Notes: generated from the letters alone by a model not told the origin. A stretch of DNA of 64,000 nt from Polyangiales bacterium (GCA_038231275.1 JBBRLQ010000012.1:96001-160000); one strand, 5' to 3'; shown: positions 48,963-60,809, numbered from the stretch's first letter. Program-made: numbers and translations.

Positions 48963-49957
48963 AAGATGTCCTGGTCCTCGGTGACGCCGAGCACGCCGTC
49001 GAGCGTGAGCGCCCGGCCTCCGGGGACGTGGACGGTGCCGGAGTAGCCTCCCGCAGGCTGCACGAAGCGCGACGCGACGATCCCGAAGTTCGTGCGCTCG
49101 ACGTGCGCGCCGCCTGGGGAGAACGAGAGGTCGAGCACGTCGTCAGCCGTGCGGAGGCGCCACGGCTCGAGCGGACGCGCGGGGTCGAAGTCGAAGCGGC
49201 CCTCGCCGAGCGGGAAGAGGTCTCCATCGACCCACAGCGCGCACTCGGGCGCGGCCACGGAGCCATCGACGACGTTGAACGCGACGCGCTCGCCGGTCTT
49301 CGCGCGGCCGAGGGCGAAGGCCCAGCGCCACTTCGTGCGCCGCTCGAGGTGGCCGTTCGTGTAGTCGTAGCCGCCGAGCGCGCCGTCGAGGGAGCGGCGG
49401 TCGCCGGCGACGCGCACTTCGCCGGTGACCGAGAGGAGTGGACGCTTCTCGGTCGCGATGCCGCGCCCGCCGGGCATGGACGCGATGGCTGTGATGGCCT
49501 CCGGCGCGCCGATGGTGTCCATGCGCGCGCTCAGCGTGACGTCGCGCACCTTCGCGTCGATCACGTACGCGGACGAGCCCGGCGCGCGGGTCACGTCGAT
49601 GGCCACGCGGGGTGCACGAAAGCGCGCGCGGCAGCCCTCAGCCGCTGCGTCACCGACGTCGCAGTGCAGCGGCGTCGTCAGCACCCCGTGATCGGCGAGC
49701 ATGCGGCGCGCGCGGGCGTCGTAGACGAAGAGGAACCCGTTCGCCACGTACCCGAGGCGCACGACCGCGAAGCCGACGTAGACCTCCTCGGTCGCGATGC
49801 CCACGTAAAGCCACTTCTTGTGTCGCGCGATGCGCCGCAGCGGGCCGCCCAGCGACGTCAGGTCGACGGCGCGAACGCCGCCCCGGTACGCGCCGGCACG
49901 AAGAGTGCGCGTGACGGGGTCGACGACGGAGTCCGGAGCGGGGCCGAGTGTGCGCAC
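48956..49957 (-). CDS. DUF2804-like protein
   Basis: KKWLY, GYDYTNG...TKWRWA, ECALWVDG, SRFVQPAG, GVTEDQ. Confidence 0.8.
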   Translation of the reverse strand: MRTLGPAPDSVVDPVTRTLRAGAYRGGVRAVDLTSLGGPLRRIARHKKWLYVGIATEEVYVGFAVVRLGYVANGFLFVYDARARRMLADHGVLTTPLHCDVGDAAAEGCRARFRAPRVAIDVTRAPGSSAYVIDAKVRDVTLSARMDTIGAPEAITAIASMPGGRGIATEKRPLLSVTGEVRVAGDRRSLDGALGGYDYTNGHLERRTKWRWAFALGRAKTGERVAFNVVDGSVAAPECALWVDGDLFPLGEGRFDFDPARPLEPWRLRTADDVLDLSFSPGGAHVERTNFGIVASRFVQPAGGYSGTVHVPGGRALTLDGVLGVTEDQDILW

Positions 49958-50078
49958 CCCGCCATCGTAGCCTCACACGCCAAGCTTCGAGAGCAGGAAC
50001 GGCCGCTGCGACGCGCGTGTCACGTGGAGAAGACAGCGGCTTGCGCCCACGGGGAGCGGCGTTCGATACTCGGAGTAG

Positions 50079-51061
50079 GTGTATCCGAACGGATTGCGGT
50101 GGATTCGAGCGGGATTTGCGGCGGTCGCCGTCGGCTCAATCACGCCCGCTGTGCGCGCGGATGCACCTCGACCGACTCCTGCGCCGACCGCGCCGACCTC
50201 GGGCGAGGCGGACCGGGCGGCGGCGCACGAGGCGTACGAGCAAGGCAAGGCGGCGTTCGCGGCGCGCGATTTCCTCCGCGCCGGGCAGCTTTTCCTGGAT
50301 GCGTACGCGCGGGCGCCGCACCACGATCCGCTCTGGAACGCCGCGCGCGCCTTCGATCTCGGCGGCGAGGCGGCGCGCGCCGCGAACCTCTACACGCGCT
50401 ACCTCGAGGTCGCGCCGCCCGACGGGCTCGATCGCGATCGCGCCACCGCCGCGCGCAAGGAGCTCGCGACGCGCCTCGGGCGGCTCGACGTCGTAGCGCG
50501 CGGCGTCGACGCCGTGAAGGTCGACGGCGTCGCGATCGAAGGGACCACCACGTACGTCGCGCCCGGCGACCACGTCGTCACGGGGCGCGCGCGCGACGGG
50601 GCCTCGAGAGACGTCCGCGCGCAGATCAAGGTCGCCGCCGGGGCGTCCGCCAGTGTCGTCCTCGAGCCGCCCCCGCCTGCGGCTCCGCCACCGCCGCCGC
50701 CATCCTCCTCCTCGACTGCAGCGACTATGCCGGTGCGCGCCGAGCCGCGGGGGCCACGCGTCCTGCCCTCGAGCGTCGTGTGGATCGGCGCCGGTCTCAC
50801 AGCGGCGCTCGGCGTCGTCACCGTCGTGAGCGGCCTCGACACGCTCGACGCGAAGCACCGCTACGACACGGCGCCGACGGGCAGCCTGCTCGACTCGGGT
50901 CGCGCGAAGGAGACACGCACGAACGTCCTCTTCTGGTCGACGATCGGCGTCGGCACACTCACCGGCATCGCCGCTCGCTTCTTCGTCGATTGGCTTTCGT
51001 CGGGCACCGCCGTGCGCGCGCAGCTCGGGCCGATGTCCGCGCGCATCGAGGGCACGTTCCC

Positions 51062-51065
<4 letters not shown>
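50079..51065 (+). CDS. TPR + PEGA-like exported protein
   Basis: Signal peptide; TPR helices (LWNAARA); VAPGDHVV; terminal IEGTFP. Confidence 0.85.
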
Positions 51066-52359
<1,294 letters not shown>

Positions 52360-52360
<1 letters not shown>

Positions 52361-52776
52361 TGCGACGCGCCCACGCCCTCGCGTCTCTCTTCGCGCTCTC
52401 CTTCCCGGGACCGTGCGCGACCTTCGACGGCGTCGCGCCTCCGGTGGAGGAGGTGGTCGACGCCGCGGCCGATGCGCCCATCGACGACGCCGGCACGTTC
52501 TCCGCGTGCGACTCCGGCATCCGGTTCGAGTTCGAGGGCGACGCCGGGTGTCAGGACGCCGTCGACAAGAACTGCTGCGTCTTCGAGACCGAGTGCGCGG
52601 GGGACGACGCGTGCGTGAAGTGGATCGCGTGCGTCAACGCGTGCCCTGCTCCACGCACCGGTCCGTGCGTCACCAAGTGCGGGAGCACGCGCGACGCGAG
52701 CTTCGGGAACGCGCTCACCGGACTCTCGAGCTGCCGCGCGGCGCTCGACGCGGCCAGCATCTGCAGCTGGCCGTGA
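52360..52776 (+). CDS. Small Cys-rich exported protein or lipoprotein
   Basis: Start overlaps the kinase stop (TGATG); C...CC...C...C...C.C...C...C pattern. Confidence 0.75.
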
Positions 52777-52809
52777 GCGTCGCCTGCCGGGCGTATCTCG
52801 CGAGTTCGC

Positions 52810-54264
52810 CTACTTCGACTTCTGGAGGAAGATCGTCGCCGCGAGGCACATCTCGTCGAGCGTCGTTTCGCCGAGCCTCACGTCGTGCGGCGCCGAGAGT
52901 CCCTGATCGGCGAGCGCCTGCGCCATGAACGGGTTCGACGTCGTGTTGTCGTACGTGCACTTCACCGTCAGCTTGTCCCCGGGGCCGACGACCGGGAGAC
53001 TCTCGATCGCTGCGTCGTAGGTGTACATGCGCTGCCAGTTGAAGTTCCAGGACGGTACTTGCAGCATGCACTCGGTGTTGCCCGCCGCGTGATCGATCCA
53101 GACCTTCTCGGCGTTGCCGATCAGGTGCATGTGCGCGGCGACGCCGTAGACGTAGGTGGTCGGCGTGGTCTTCGGGAGCGTGATGCGCATCGTCTCGGTG
53201 TGACCGCTGACGTTCGCGGGGATCTTGAACTCGGTCTTTCCGTTGTCGTCCGGGCCCGGCAAGAGGCCGTCGGCGCCGTTCGGCCCATTGAAGTTGCCGA
53301 TGAGGCGCGTCACCGCCGTGTACTCGGGCAGCGTGTCGCTCAGGCGGAGCTGGATCTTGGTCGCGTCGGGCGAGAAGTCCTGCCCGTGCGGGTGGTAGTG
53401 GATCTGCATGACGAGGAGCGTCCCCGCGGCAAGCGGCACGCCCGCGTTCGACGGCAGCTCGACGGGACCGGCGCCAGGCGCCCACGCGGCGACCAGATTC
53501 GGCTGGCTCACGCCGGGTCCGCCGAAGCAGTCGTAGCTCCCCGACGCATCGGCGAGCTTCGCGGCATCCCCCTTCGCATCTGAATAGAGGAGGACATGGT
53601 GGACGATCTCTTTGTTGCCCGGGACGAAGAACGAGCCATTCAAGTAGCGCGTCGCGGTGAGCTTCGGATCGATGACGAAGCAGCGGAACGTGTCCTTCGT
53701 CATGGACGTGATCGCGTACGGGCTCGGCGCCGTGGTGAAGTTGGCGTTCGGCAAGTCCGTCGGATCGGACGCGCGCGGAGGCGGCGCGTCCTTGGGGTCC
53801 CCCTCCGGCGTGCCGTTGTCCTTCCACGCCTTGAACGTCGCGATCTGCGCGTCGGTGAGGCGCATGTCGTGGAGCCACGGCCGCGCGGACGTGCAGTCGG
53901 CGCTGTCCTGCGCGCCCCACGGCGGCATCGTGCGGCTCGCGGTCTGATCGACCATCGGGCCGATCATCGCCTTCGCGTCGCCGTACGACGTCAGCGAGAA
54001 CGGGGCGATGCCGCCCTGCGTGTGGCACGTCTGGCAATGATCCTGCACGATCGGCGCGACGTCCTTCGTGTACGTGACGCCGTTCACGGTCCCGGACCCT
54101 CCGCCCTCTTGGCCGCCGCCCCCGTCGGCGCCGCTCCCATCCGCGGGTGACGATCCGTCGGACGACGCGGCGCTTCCGCCGAAGCATCCGTAGAGCGCGG
54201 CGCCAAGGACGAGCGCGGTGAAGGTGGAGGCCGGGAAAGCTGACGTCGACGTTCCGCGAATCAT
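52810..54264 (-). CDS. Heme c (CxxCH)-fused copper type II monooxygenase lipoprotein
   Basis: LYGC lipobox; CQTCH...APFSL...MPPW cytochrome c module; VHHVLL, QIHY, AHMH, WNFNWQ, DEMC. Confidence 0.88.
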   Translation of the reverse strand: MIRGTSTSAFPASTFTALVLGAALYGCFGGSAASSDGSSPADGSGADGGGGQEGGGSGTVNGVTYTKDVAPIVQDHCQTCHTQGGIAPFSLTSYGDAKAMIGPMVDQTASRTMPPWGAQDSADCTSARPWLHDMRLTDAQIATFKAWKDNGTPEGDPKDAPPPRASDPTDLPNANFTTAPSPYAITSMTKDTFRCFVIDPKLTATRYLNGSFFVPGNKEIVHHVLLYSDAKGDAAKLADASGSYDCFGGPGVSQPNLVAAWAPGAGPVELPSNAGVPLAAGTLLVMQIHYHPHGQDFSPDATKIQLRLSDTLPEYTAVTRLIGNFNGPNGADGLLPGPDDNGKTEFKIPANVSGHTETMRITLPKTTPTTYVYGVAAHMHLIGNAEKVWIDHAAGNTECMLQVPSWNFNWQRMYTYDAAIESLPVVGPGDKLTVKCTYDNTTSNPFMAQALADQGLSAPHDVRLGETTLDEMCLAATIFLQKSK

Positions 54265-54436
54265 GAAGTGCCCCTTTCGGTGCGTGCCGTAAAAGATGAT
54301 GTTGCTCCTTGGACACGGCGGCGGGCCTAACGTGAAACGGCGCGCGTGCACTTCGTGATTATTTTTCGATACCTGGACCTCCGGCGGTCCACCCGCACTT
54401 GCGCCCGACGCAGGGCCCCGTAGCCTTAGGGACCAA

Positions 54437-56869
54437 GTGCGTCTCGCTTCTTTCGCCAAGGCCACGGCCACCCTCGCCGCGATCTCCGCCACGGCATCGG
54501 CCGCGCCCACCGCGCCGAGCGGAGCGCACCCGCGCATCTGGCTCACCGCCCCCACCGTCACCGCGCTGAAGGCCAACGCGGCGAAGGGCGGCACCGCCGC
54601 CGCGTCGGTCGTGACCAAGTGCAAGGACATCGCCGCCAACCCGAGCAAGTACTCGGACGGCATCTTCATGGGCTACGGCTTCGGCTACGCGGCGGCGACG
54701 TGCGCGATGGCGTGGCAGCTCACGAAGGACGCGAGCTACGCCGCCGCCGGGATCCGGCAATGGCGCGCGCTGCTCGACGACTTCCAGACGCTCGGCGACG
54801 GCGCGGGCGGCGACTCCACGGTGAGCGGCGCGCACGACAACGGCTACGCGATGCGCTACTTCGGCTCGTTCACCGCCATCGCGTACGACTGGATGCATGA
54901 CGCGCCCGGCGTCGATTCCCAGCTCCTCCAAACCTCGCGAGATCGCTTCAAGGCGTGGGTCGACTGGGAGGAGGCGAACGGCTACCTCCACGACGTCGCG
55001 GGCTCGAACTACCAAGCCGGCTACGTCATCGGGAAGAGCATGATCGCGATCGCCGCGTCCGGCGAGGACGACGGCTCGGCGGCGAAGTACTGGGCCGACG
55101 TCGTCGACACGATGTGGAACAAGGAGAACCTCGGCCCCAAAGGAGCAGGCGCTGGCGGACCGCTCGCGGGCGGCGACTGGCCGGAGGGCTGGGAGTACGG
55201 CGAGCTCGGCGTGCTCGAGTACGCGATGTCCCTGCGCGCGGTCGAAGAGCAAGGCGCGAGCCTCCCTGCCGGCCACGACTATTTTTCGGCGCTCGGCCTC
55301 AACTACGAGTACGCGCTAACGCCCGACCAGAAAGGCTTCTTCATCGGCGGCGACTACGGCAACGCGGCGATCGCGGCGCCCAACAAGCCGCCGGGCACCG
55401 AGCCGCTCCTCGCGATCATGATCGGCGCCGGGGACGAGGCCGCGGGCTGGGCGGCGTTCCTCCACAAGAGCGTCGTAAAAACCGTCGCCGATGGGCTCGT
55501 GTACGAGGCAATCGCCGAAGCGCGTGGCGTGATGGCAACGAGTTACACGGCGACGCCGCGCCCCCTCTATTACGTCACGCCCGGCACGCGAAAGCTCTAC
55601 GCGCGCTCGAGCGCCGATCCCGGCGCGTTCTGGGGTGTGTTCGTCTCTGCGCCGCATTTCCTCGTCGATCACCAGCACCTCGACGCGTCGACGTTCGTGT
55701 TCTCGCGCGGCGGCGACTCGCTGGTCGTCGATCCGTCGCCGTACGGCTCGCTGTCGTCGCTCACCAGCAACGCGCTCACGGTGGACTCGAAGACCGTGCA
55801 GTCGGACTACCGCCCCAGCCAGTCGCCGCGATCCGCCGCGAGCCTCGCTTGGGCGCGCGCGACGGCGAGCGGCGTGGCGGCGGCGCGCGCGGAGCTCGTT
55901 CACGCGTTCGACGACGACACGGGCAAGAGCGACGTGCCTTACGCGCGACGCGACTGGGCGCTCCTGCCGGAGGGTGAGGTGGTCGTGCTCGATCGCGTGC
56001 GCACCGACGACGCCGCGCGAAAGACGTACCTCCGCTTCCGTTCTCCGTCGGCGTTCACGCTCGGCGCGGGGAATGTCGCCACCGCGACGGTCGGCGGATC
56101 GAAGCTCGTCGTCCACCCGGTCACGCTCTCGGGCGGCACGCCGGCGACCAAGACGTACAAAGGGGACAACGGATCGCCGTGCAGCAACGGCTCCTTCGGC
56201 GTCTGCACCGCGGCGCGCTTCGACGTCGGCGAGTACGCGCTCGAAATTCCGGGGCCGCAAGCGCTCGCGGTGCACGTCCTCGACGGGCTCGCCACCGCCG
56301 ACGCGCCGAGCGACGCGGTCGCGATCGGCGATCCGGCGGTCGTCGGCGCGCGCGTCACGCGCGGAGGCTCGCGCACCTTCGTCCTCGGCTCCAGCGCGAC
56401 GGACGGCGCCGCCGGCCCCACGCTCGCGTACTCGGCGACCGGAGATCAGCCTGCGCGCCACGTCGTCTTCGACGCCCCGGAGGACGCGACCGGCACGTCG
56501 AACGTCACCGCGCACGCCGACGGCGAGAAGTGCGCGGTCGCCATCACCGCCGGCACCGGCGCAGGCGCGTTCGCGGGTCGTCCGCTCGTCTTCCAGCTCT
56601 CCGCCGCGAAGGATGGATGCACCGCGACCGAGGAGAAGGCCGCGCCGCCACCGACGACCACTCCGGGCGGTGGCGGCGGTTCCGACGGCGGCGTCGGCGA
56701 AGGCGGGCTCCCCAACAGCGACTCTCCCGCGGGCGGCGGCGGCAGCTCCGGCGGATGCGGTTGCCACGTCCTCCCCACCTCAACCGGTGCCGGCGCCGCG
56801 CTCTCTACCGGCGCCCTCGTCCTCGGCGCCGCCCTCGCCCGCGCCCGCCGTCGCCGCCGCCGCGTCTGA
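54437..56869 (+). CDS. Secreted heparinase II/III / alginate-lyase-like protein with MYXO-CTERM-like sorting signal
   Basis: Signal peptide; HPRIW, AIAYDW, GGDWPEGWEYG, HQHLD, SNAL, VVLDRV; C-terminal GGCGC-TM-RRRRR. Confidence 0.8.
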   Translation: MRLASFAKATATLAAISATASAAPTAPSGAHPRIWLTAPTVTALKANAAKGGTAAASVVTKCKDIAANPSKYSDGIFMGYGFGYAAATCAMAWQLTKDASYAAAGIRQWRALLDDFQTLGDGAGGDSTVSGAHDNGYAMRYFGSFTAIAYDWMHDAPGVDSQLLQTSRDRFKAWVDWEEANGYLHDVAGSNYQAGYVIGKSMIAIAASGEDDGSAAKYWADVVDTMWNKENLGPKGAGAGGPLAGGDWPEGWEYGELGVLEYAMSLRAVEEQGASLPAGHDYFSALGLNYEYALTPDQKGFFIGGDYGNAAIAAPNKPPGTEPLLAIMIGAGDEAAGWAAFLHKSVVKTVADGLVYEAIAEARGVMATSYTATPRPLYYVTPGTRKLYARSSADPGAFWGVFVSAPHFLVDHQHLDASTFVFSRGGDSLVVDPSPYGSLSSLTSNALTVDSKTVQSDYRPSQSPRSAASLAWARATASGVAAARAELVHAFDDDTGKSDVPYARRDWALLPEGEVVVLDRVRTDDAARKTYLRFRSPSAFTLGAGNVATATVGGSKLVVHPVTLSGGTPATKTYKGDNGSPCSNGSFGVCTAARFDVGEYALEIPGPQALAVHVLDGLATADAPSDAVAIGDPAVVGARVTRGGSRTFVLGSSATDGAAGPTLAYSATGDQPARHVVFDAPEDATGTSNVTAHADGEKCAVAITAGTGAGAFAGRPLVFQLSAAKDGCTATEEKAAPPPTTTPGGGGGSDGGVGEGGLPNSDSPAGGGGSSGGCGCHVLPTSTGAGAALSTGALVLGAALARARRRRRRV

Positions 56870-56904
56870 ATCTGGCGGTGCGACACGAAGGTGGGTGCGA
56901 AAGC

Positions 56905-57040
56905 TGTCCCTGTTGGGACACTCCTGTCACGGCGCGTTAGGGGGTTAACGGGGTGCTTCTCGCATCCTTGCCAAAATTCGTAACGATTTCGCGTGTCATT
57001 TGTTTTACGCAGTGCGTTGCAATCTGGCCCGAGCTTTGCT
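56905..57040 (+). promoter_or_regulatory. Sigma54 promoter with upstream palindrome and AT-rich spacer
   Basis: TGTCCC-N4-GGGACA at 56905-56920; AT-rich 56965-57010; TGGCCCGAGCTTTGCT at 57025-57040. Confidence 0.7.
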
Positions 57041-57055
57041 CTAAGTACCGCCGTC

Positions 57056-57295
57056 ATGTCCGTATCGGCAGTCCCCTCCTCCCCTGTTCTCGTCGCTGTA
57101 CCCCCGCCTCCCCCCCCGTCCTCGAAGACCGGTGGCGAGGGCAAGGGTGGCGCCAGCGCGATGAAGCTCGGTCTTCGGATGCCCTCGCTGCGCCCGTCGA
57201 CGCCGCGCATCGACGAGTTCGCCGGGCTGGACCGCCTCGATCGCGACGAGCTCGACGAGGACTACGTCCCGCCGTCACGAAAGCGCGTCGCCTAG
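57056..57295 (+). CDS. Small disordered protein (79 aa)
   Basis: ATG just downstream of the sigma54 motif; GC-rich third codon positions in the 3' half; fills the gap before convergent serA. Confidence 0.6.
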   Translation: MSVSAVPSSPVLVAVPPPPPPSSKTGGEGKGGASAMKLGLRMPSLRPSTPRIDEFAGLDRLDRDELDEDYVPPSRKRVA

Positions 57296-57317
57296 TCACG
57301 TCGCCTCGTGCAGCGGC

Positions 57318-58559
57318 TCAGTAGAGGATGCGCGTCTTGACGCTCGTAGGGAGCGTCGCGATGGCCTTCTTCACGTCGTTCGCGACGTCGTGATCGAGAT
57401 CCATGATGAGGTAACCGATCCCCGCGTCCGTCGCGAGGAGCTGGCTACGGATGTTGGCGTTCTTGTCGCTGACGATCTTGTTGATGTCGCGGAGGACGCC
57501 GGGCACGTTCTTGTGCACGTTGAGGACGCGGTGCGCTCCGGGCATGTGCGGGAGCTCGATCTGCGGAAAATTCACGGCGCCGGTGGTCGCGCCGCTGTTG
57601 ACGTATTTGACGAGGCTCGTCGCCACCTCGCGGCCGATCGCCTCTTGGGCCTCCATCGTCGAGCCGCCGATGTGCGGCGTGAGGAGCACGTTGGGGAGGC
57701 CGCGCAGGGGTGTGGCGAAGTCGTCGGTGTTCGACTCCGGCTCCTCCGGGTAGACGTCGATCGCCGCGCCGCCGACGTGGCCGCGCTTGATGCCGTCGAC
57801 GAGCGCGTCGATGACGACGACCGTGCCGCGCGACGCGTTGATGAGGCAGGCGCCGGGCTTCATCTGCGCGATCTCGGCCTCGCCGATGAGCCACTTGGTC
57901 TGCGGCGTCGCCGGCACGTGGAGCGCCACGAAGTCGCTGTTTGCAAGCAGCTCGCCGAGCGTGGGCACCGAGCGGTTGTTGCCCATCGGGAGCTTGGTCT
58001 GGATGTCGTGGAAGAGGACGCGCATTCCCATCGCCTCGGCGAGCACTCCGACCTGCGAGCCGATGTGGCCGTACCCGACGAGGCCGAGCGTCTTGCCTCG
58101 GACCTCGGTGGAGCCCTCGGCGACCTTGCGCCATTTTCCATCGTGCACCTCGCGCGAGCGATCACCGAGGTGGCGCGCCAGCACGATGACCTCACCGATC
58201 ATCAGCTCGGCGACGCTGCGCGTGTTGGAGAACGGCGCGTTGAAGACCGGGATGCCGCCGATGTTCGCCGCGTCGAGGTTCACTTGGTTGGTGCCGATGC
58301 AAAAGCAGCCGAGCGTGAGCAGGCGGCGCGCGTCGGCGAGGACGTTGGCGGTCACCTGCGTCTTGCTTCGGATGCCGAGCACGTGCGCGTCCGCCACTTT
58401 GCGCCGCAGCTCGTCCTCGCTCAGCGCCCCTTTCACGACCTCGATCTGGAAACCCTCGACGCCGAAAATCGCGTGCGCGCTCGGGTGCACGTTCTCGAGC
58501 AAGAGGACCTTGATGTCTTCCTTCGGGTAGGAGGTGACGGGGAGGGACGGTTGGCTCAT
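57318..58559 (-). CDS. serA: D-3-phosphoglycerate dehydrogenase
   Basis: GIRSKT, GCFCIGTNQV, NAPFSNTRSVAE, GYGHIG, NASRG, TPHIGGST, C-terminal ACT domain. Confidence 0.97.
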   Translation of the reverse strand: MSQPSLPVTSYPKEDIKVLLLENVHPSAHAIFGVEGFQIEVVKGALSEDELRRKVADAHVLGIRSKTQVTANVLADARRLLTLGCFCIGTNQVNLDAANIGGIPVFNAPFSNTRSVAELMIGEVIVLARHLGDRSREVHDGKWRKVAEGSTEVRGKTLGLVGYGHIGSQVGVLAEAMGMRVLFHDIQTKLPMGNNRSVPTLGELLANSDFVALHVPATPQTKWLIGEAEIAQMKPGACLINASRGTVVVIDALVDGIKRGHVGGAAIDVYPEEPESNTDDFATPLRGLPNVLLTPHIGGSTMEAQEAIGREVATSLVKYVNSGATTGAVNFPQIELPHMPGAHRVLNVHKNVPGVLRDINKIVSDKNANIRSQLLATDAGIGYLIMDLDHDVANDVKKAIATLPTSVKTRILY

Positions 58560-58642
58560 TTCGGTAGCCTCTTATACCGCACCGGGCCTCAAAACCACCG
58601 GTGGCGCGAATGTGGGGAACGGGTCAGGCTACCAAGCCTACG

Positions 58643-59689
58643 ATGCGTGTCCCTACCCTGCTCGTCGCGGTCTCGTTGCCTTTCGCCGCCCTCGCGATCC
58701 CCGCGTGCTCGTCGAGCAGCACCACGCCCCCGACGCCGATCGGCCCCACCGGGAGCACCACGGGGACGTGCTCCGGCGACGCGGCCGCGTGCGTCAGCGG
58801 CACGCTCATCACGCGCGGCTTCAACGTGCCGTTCACGTCGGCCAAGGTCCAGCTCTACGCGGTCTTTCCGTACGGCAAGAGCACGCCGGTCGCCGAGGCC
58901 TCCGTCACCGGGGAGGGCAAGTACGCCTTCTCCGGCGTCGATCCCGCCGGCCGCTACTACGTGCAAGGCGTCGCGCGCTTCGGAAGCGGTACGGGCGCCG
59001 CTGCGGTCGCGACGGTAGCGGGTCCATTCACGTTGCCGCTCGCGCAGGCCGTCGAGCTCCACGTTCGCCCGGTGTTCCTCGAGGCGCTCCAGCAGCGGCC
59101 GACCGGCGGCGCCCTCGCGTTGTCGTGGGCATCGGCCCACGTCTACGATCCAGGCACCGCCGCAGAGCTCCTCGACGCGAAGGTCACGCTTCACGCCGAT
59201 GCGCAGGCGCTCGACATGCCCTTCACGACGAACCTGAGCGGGCAGAAGAGTTACTTCGTCCAGCTCACGACGAAGAGCGCGCCTGCGGCGATCGGCATCG
59301 ACGTCGCGCACGCGTCGTTCGTCGGCGGCGCGACGTACTCGCTCGCACCGGAGACTCCGGATTTCGATCCGGCGATCGCGCAGCCGGCGGATCAGGCGCA
59401 GATCGCGATCGGACAGCCGCTCGACGTCACGTGGACGGCCAGCCCGCGCGCGGCGTACGCGATCGTCGAGCTCTTCGCGGCGGCGCCGGGCGGCGGCTTC
59501 ACTGCGCTCTACGCGTCCGACGCGCCGCGCCTGCCCACGGTGACGAAGGAGACGATCCCAGCGTCGAAGCTGACCGCCGCAGGCATGTACCTGCTGAACG
59601 TCCAGATGTCGCGCCCCAGCTGCCCGACCACCGCAGACGGATGCGTGTACAATGCATCTACCGCGGCCGTGAACCTGACGGCGAAGTAG
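58643..59689 (+). CDS. Lipoprotein with beta-sandwich domains
   Basis: MRVPTLL...IPAC lipobox; GEGKYAFSGV carboxypeptidase-regulatory-like strand pattern. Confidence 0.8.
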   Translation: MRVPTLLVAVSLPFAALAIPACSSSSTTPPTPIGPTGSTTGTCSGDAAACVSGTLITRGFNVPFTSAKVQLYAVFPYGKSTPVAEASVTGEGKYAFSGVDPAGRYYVQGVARFGSGTGAAAVATVAGPFTLPLAQAVELHVRPVFLEALQQRPTGGALALSWASAHVYDPGTAAELLDAKVTLHADAQALDMPFTTNLSGQKSYFVQLTTKSAPAAIGIDVAHASFVGGATYSLAPETPDFDPAIAQPADQAQIAIGQPLDVTWTASPRAAYAIVELFAAAPGGGFTALYASDAPRLPTVTKETIPASKLTAAGMYLLNVQMSRPSCPTTADGCVYNASTAAVNLTAK

Positions 59690-59719
59690 TCAGGGCTGCT
59701 CGGCAGGCAGCGGCCGCGA

Positions 59720-60763
59720 TCAGAACGAGCCGCGCACGCCGGCCGAGCCGAGGCCGACCCACGGCGTGACGGACGCGGCGTGGCCTTCCTTCTTGCCCTC
59801 GCCGCTCCACAAGATGAGGCCGATCACACCGACCGCGGCGCCAGCCCCGCCGACGATGAAGCCGATCGTGGAGACGGTGGCCAGCGAATTGGCGGAGTCG
59901 ATGTCGCTCTGCTGGGACGCCGGGCACGTGTTGCCTTTGCAGTTGCTCTTGATGCTGCTCGTCTTCGACAGGCTCATGACGCCGGTGATGCTGCCCAGGA
60001 CGAGGCCGGCGCCGGCGACTACCGCGCCGCCGATGAAGAGCGGCTTACCGATGCCGCCAGAGCTCTCGACCGGAGGAGGAGGAGGAGGCGGAGGTGGAGG
60101 TGCGACGATCGGACCGGTGCTCGCGACGAGCTCGAGCTTCACGTCGAGGTGCTGCGCCTCGGCGAGATCGACCTCGGCCTTCGCCTGCTTTCCGCCCGCC
60201 GAGCCGGTGATCGTATGATGACCGGGGTTCAGCGTGCGGGGCATGCCGAGGGAGGCGGCGGGGATGCCGGCGCCGTCGACGGTGACGTTCGGGATCGCGC
60301 CGGGCTCCGCGCCGGAGACGACGAGGGTGACCGTCGGGATCTTCTTCACGAGATCCTCGGAGAGCTGGCGGGCCTCTTCGCGCGCGCGCGTGAACGGCGG
60401 TGGATCTTCTTGTTCGGGCTGCGAGCGGGCGACGCGCAGCGCGGTGTCGCGCGCCTCGACGAGGAGCGAGAGCGCGACCTGGGTGCGCGCGACCTCCATG
60501 CCCGTCGTCGGGACCTTCATGATCGCGTCCGCCGCCTGAAACGCCGAGAGCGCGCCCTTCAGATCGTTGGCGGTGCGCTTGTCGCGCGCCTCCGCCATGA
60601 GGCGGCGCGCGGTCTCCTTGTCGGCCGCGTTGGGCTCGGCGTGCGCATCCGCGGGAAACGCGAGGGGGACGCTGACAGCGACCGCCGAGAGGAGCGCGAC
60701 GCGAACGAGCGCACGGGAGAACTTCTCGAAGGAGGCCGTACGACGGTGGGGCTGTTCGCGCAC
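59720..60763 (-). CDS. TPR + PEGA-like exported protein
   Basis: Start placed at GTG 60763 (TAGACT-N7); signal peptide ending AHA; ADKETARRL, LNPGHH, terminal GVRGSF. Confidence 0.85.
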   Translation of the reverse strand: MREQPHRRTASFEKFSRALVRVALLSAVAVSVPLAFPADAHAEPNAADKETARRLMAEARDKRTANDLKGALSAFQAADAIMKVPTTGMEVARTQVALSLLVEARDTALRVARSQPEQEDPPPFTRAREEARQLSEDLVKKIPTVTLVVSGAEPGAIPNVTVDGAGIPAASLGMPRTLNPGHHTITGSAGGKQAKAEVDLAEAQHLDVKLELVASTGPIVAPPPPPPPPPPVESSGGIGKPLFIGGAVVAGAGLVLGSITGVMSLSKTSSIKSNCKGNTCPASQQSDIDSANSLATVSTIGFIVGGAGAAVGVIGLILWSGEGKKEGHAASVTPWVGLGSAGVRGSF

Positions 60764-60809
60764 TTCGGCCAGTCTACAACGAGTCTGCGCCGCCGGGCGA
60801 GGCGCGCGT

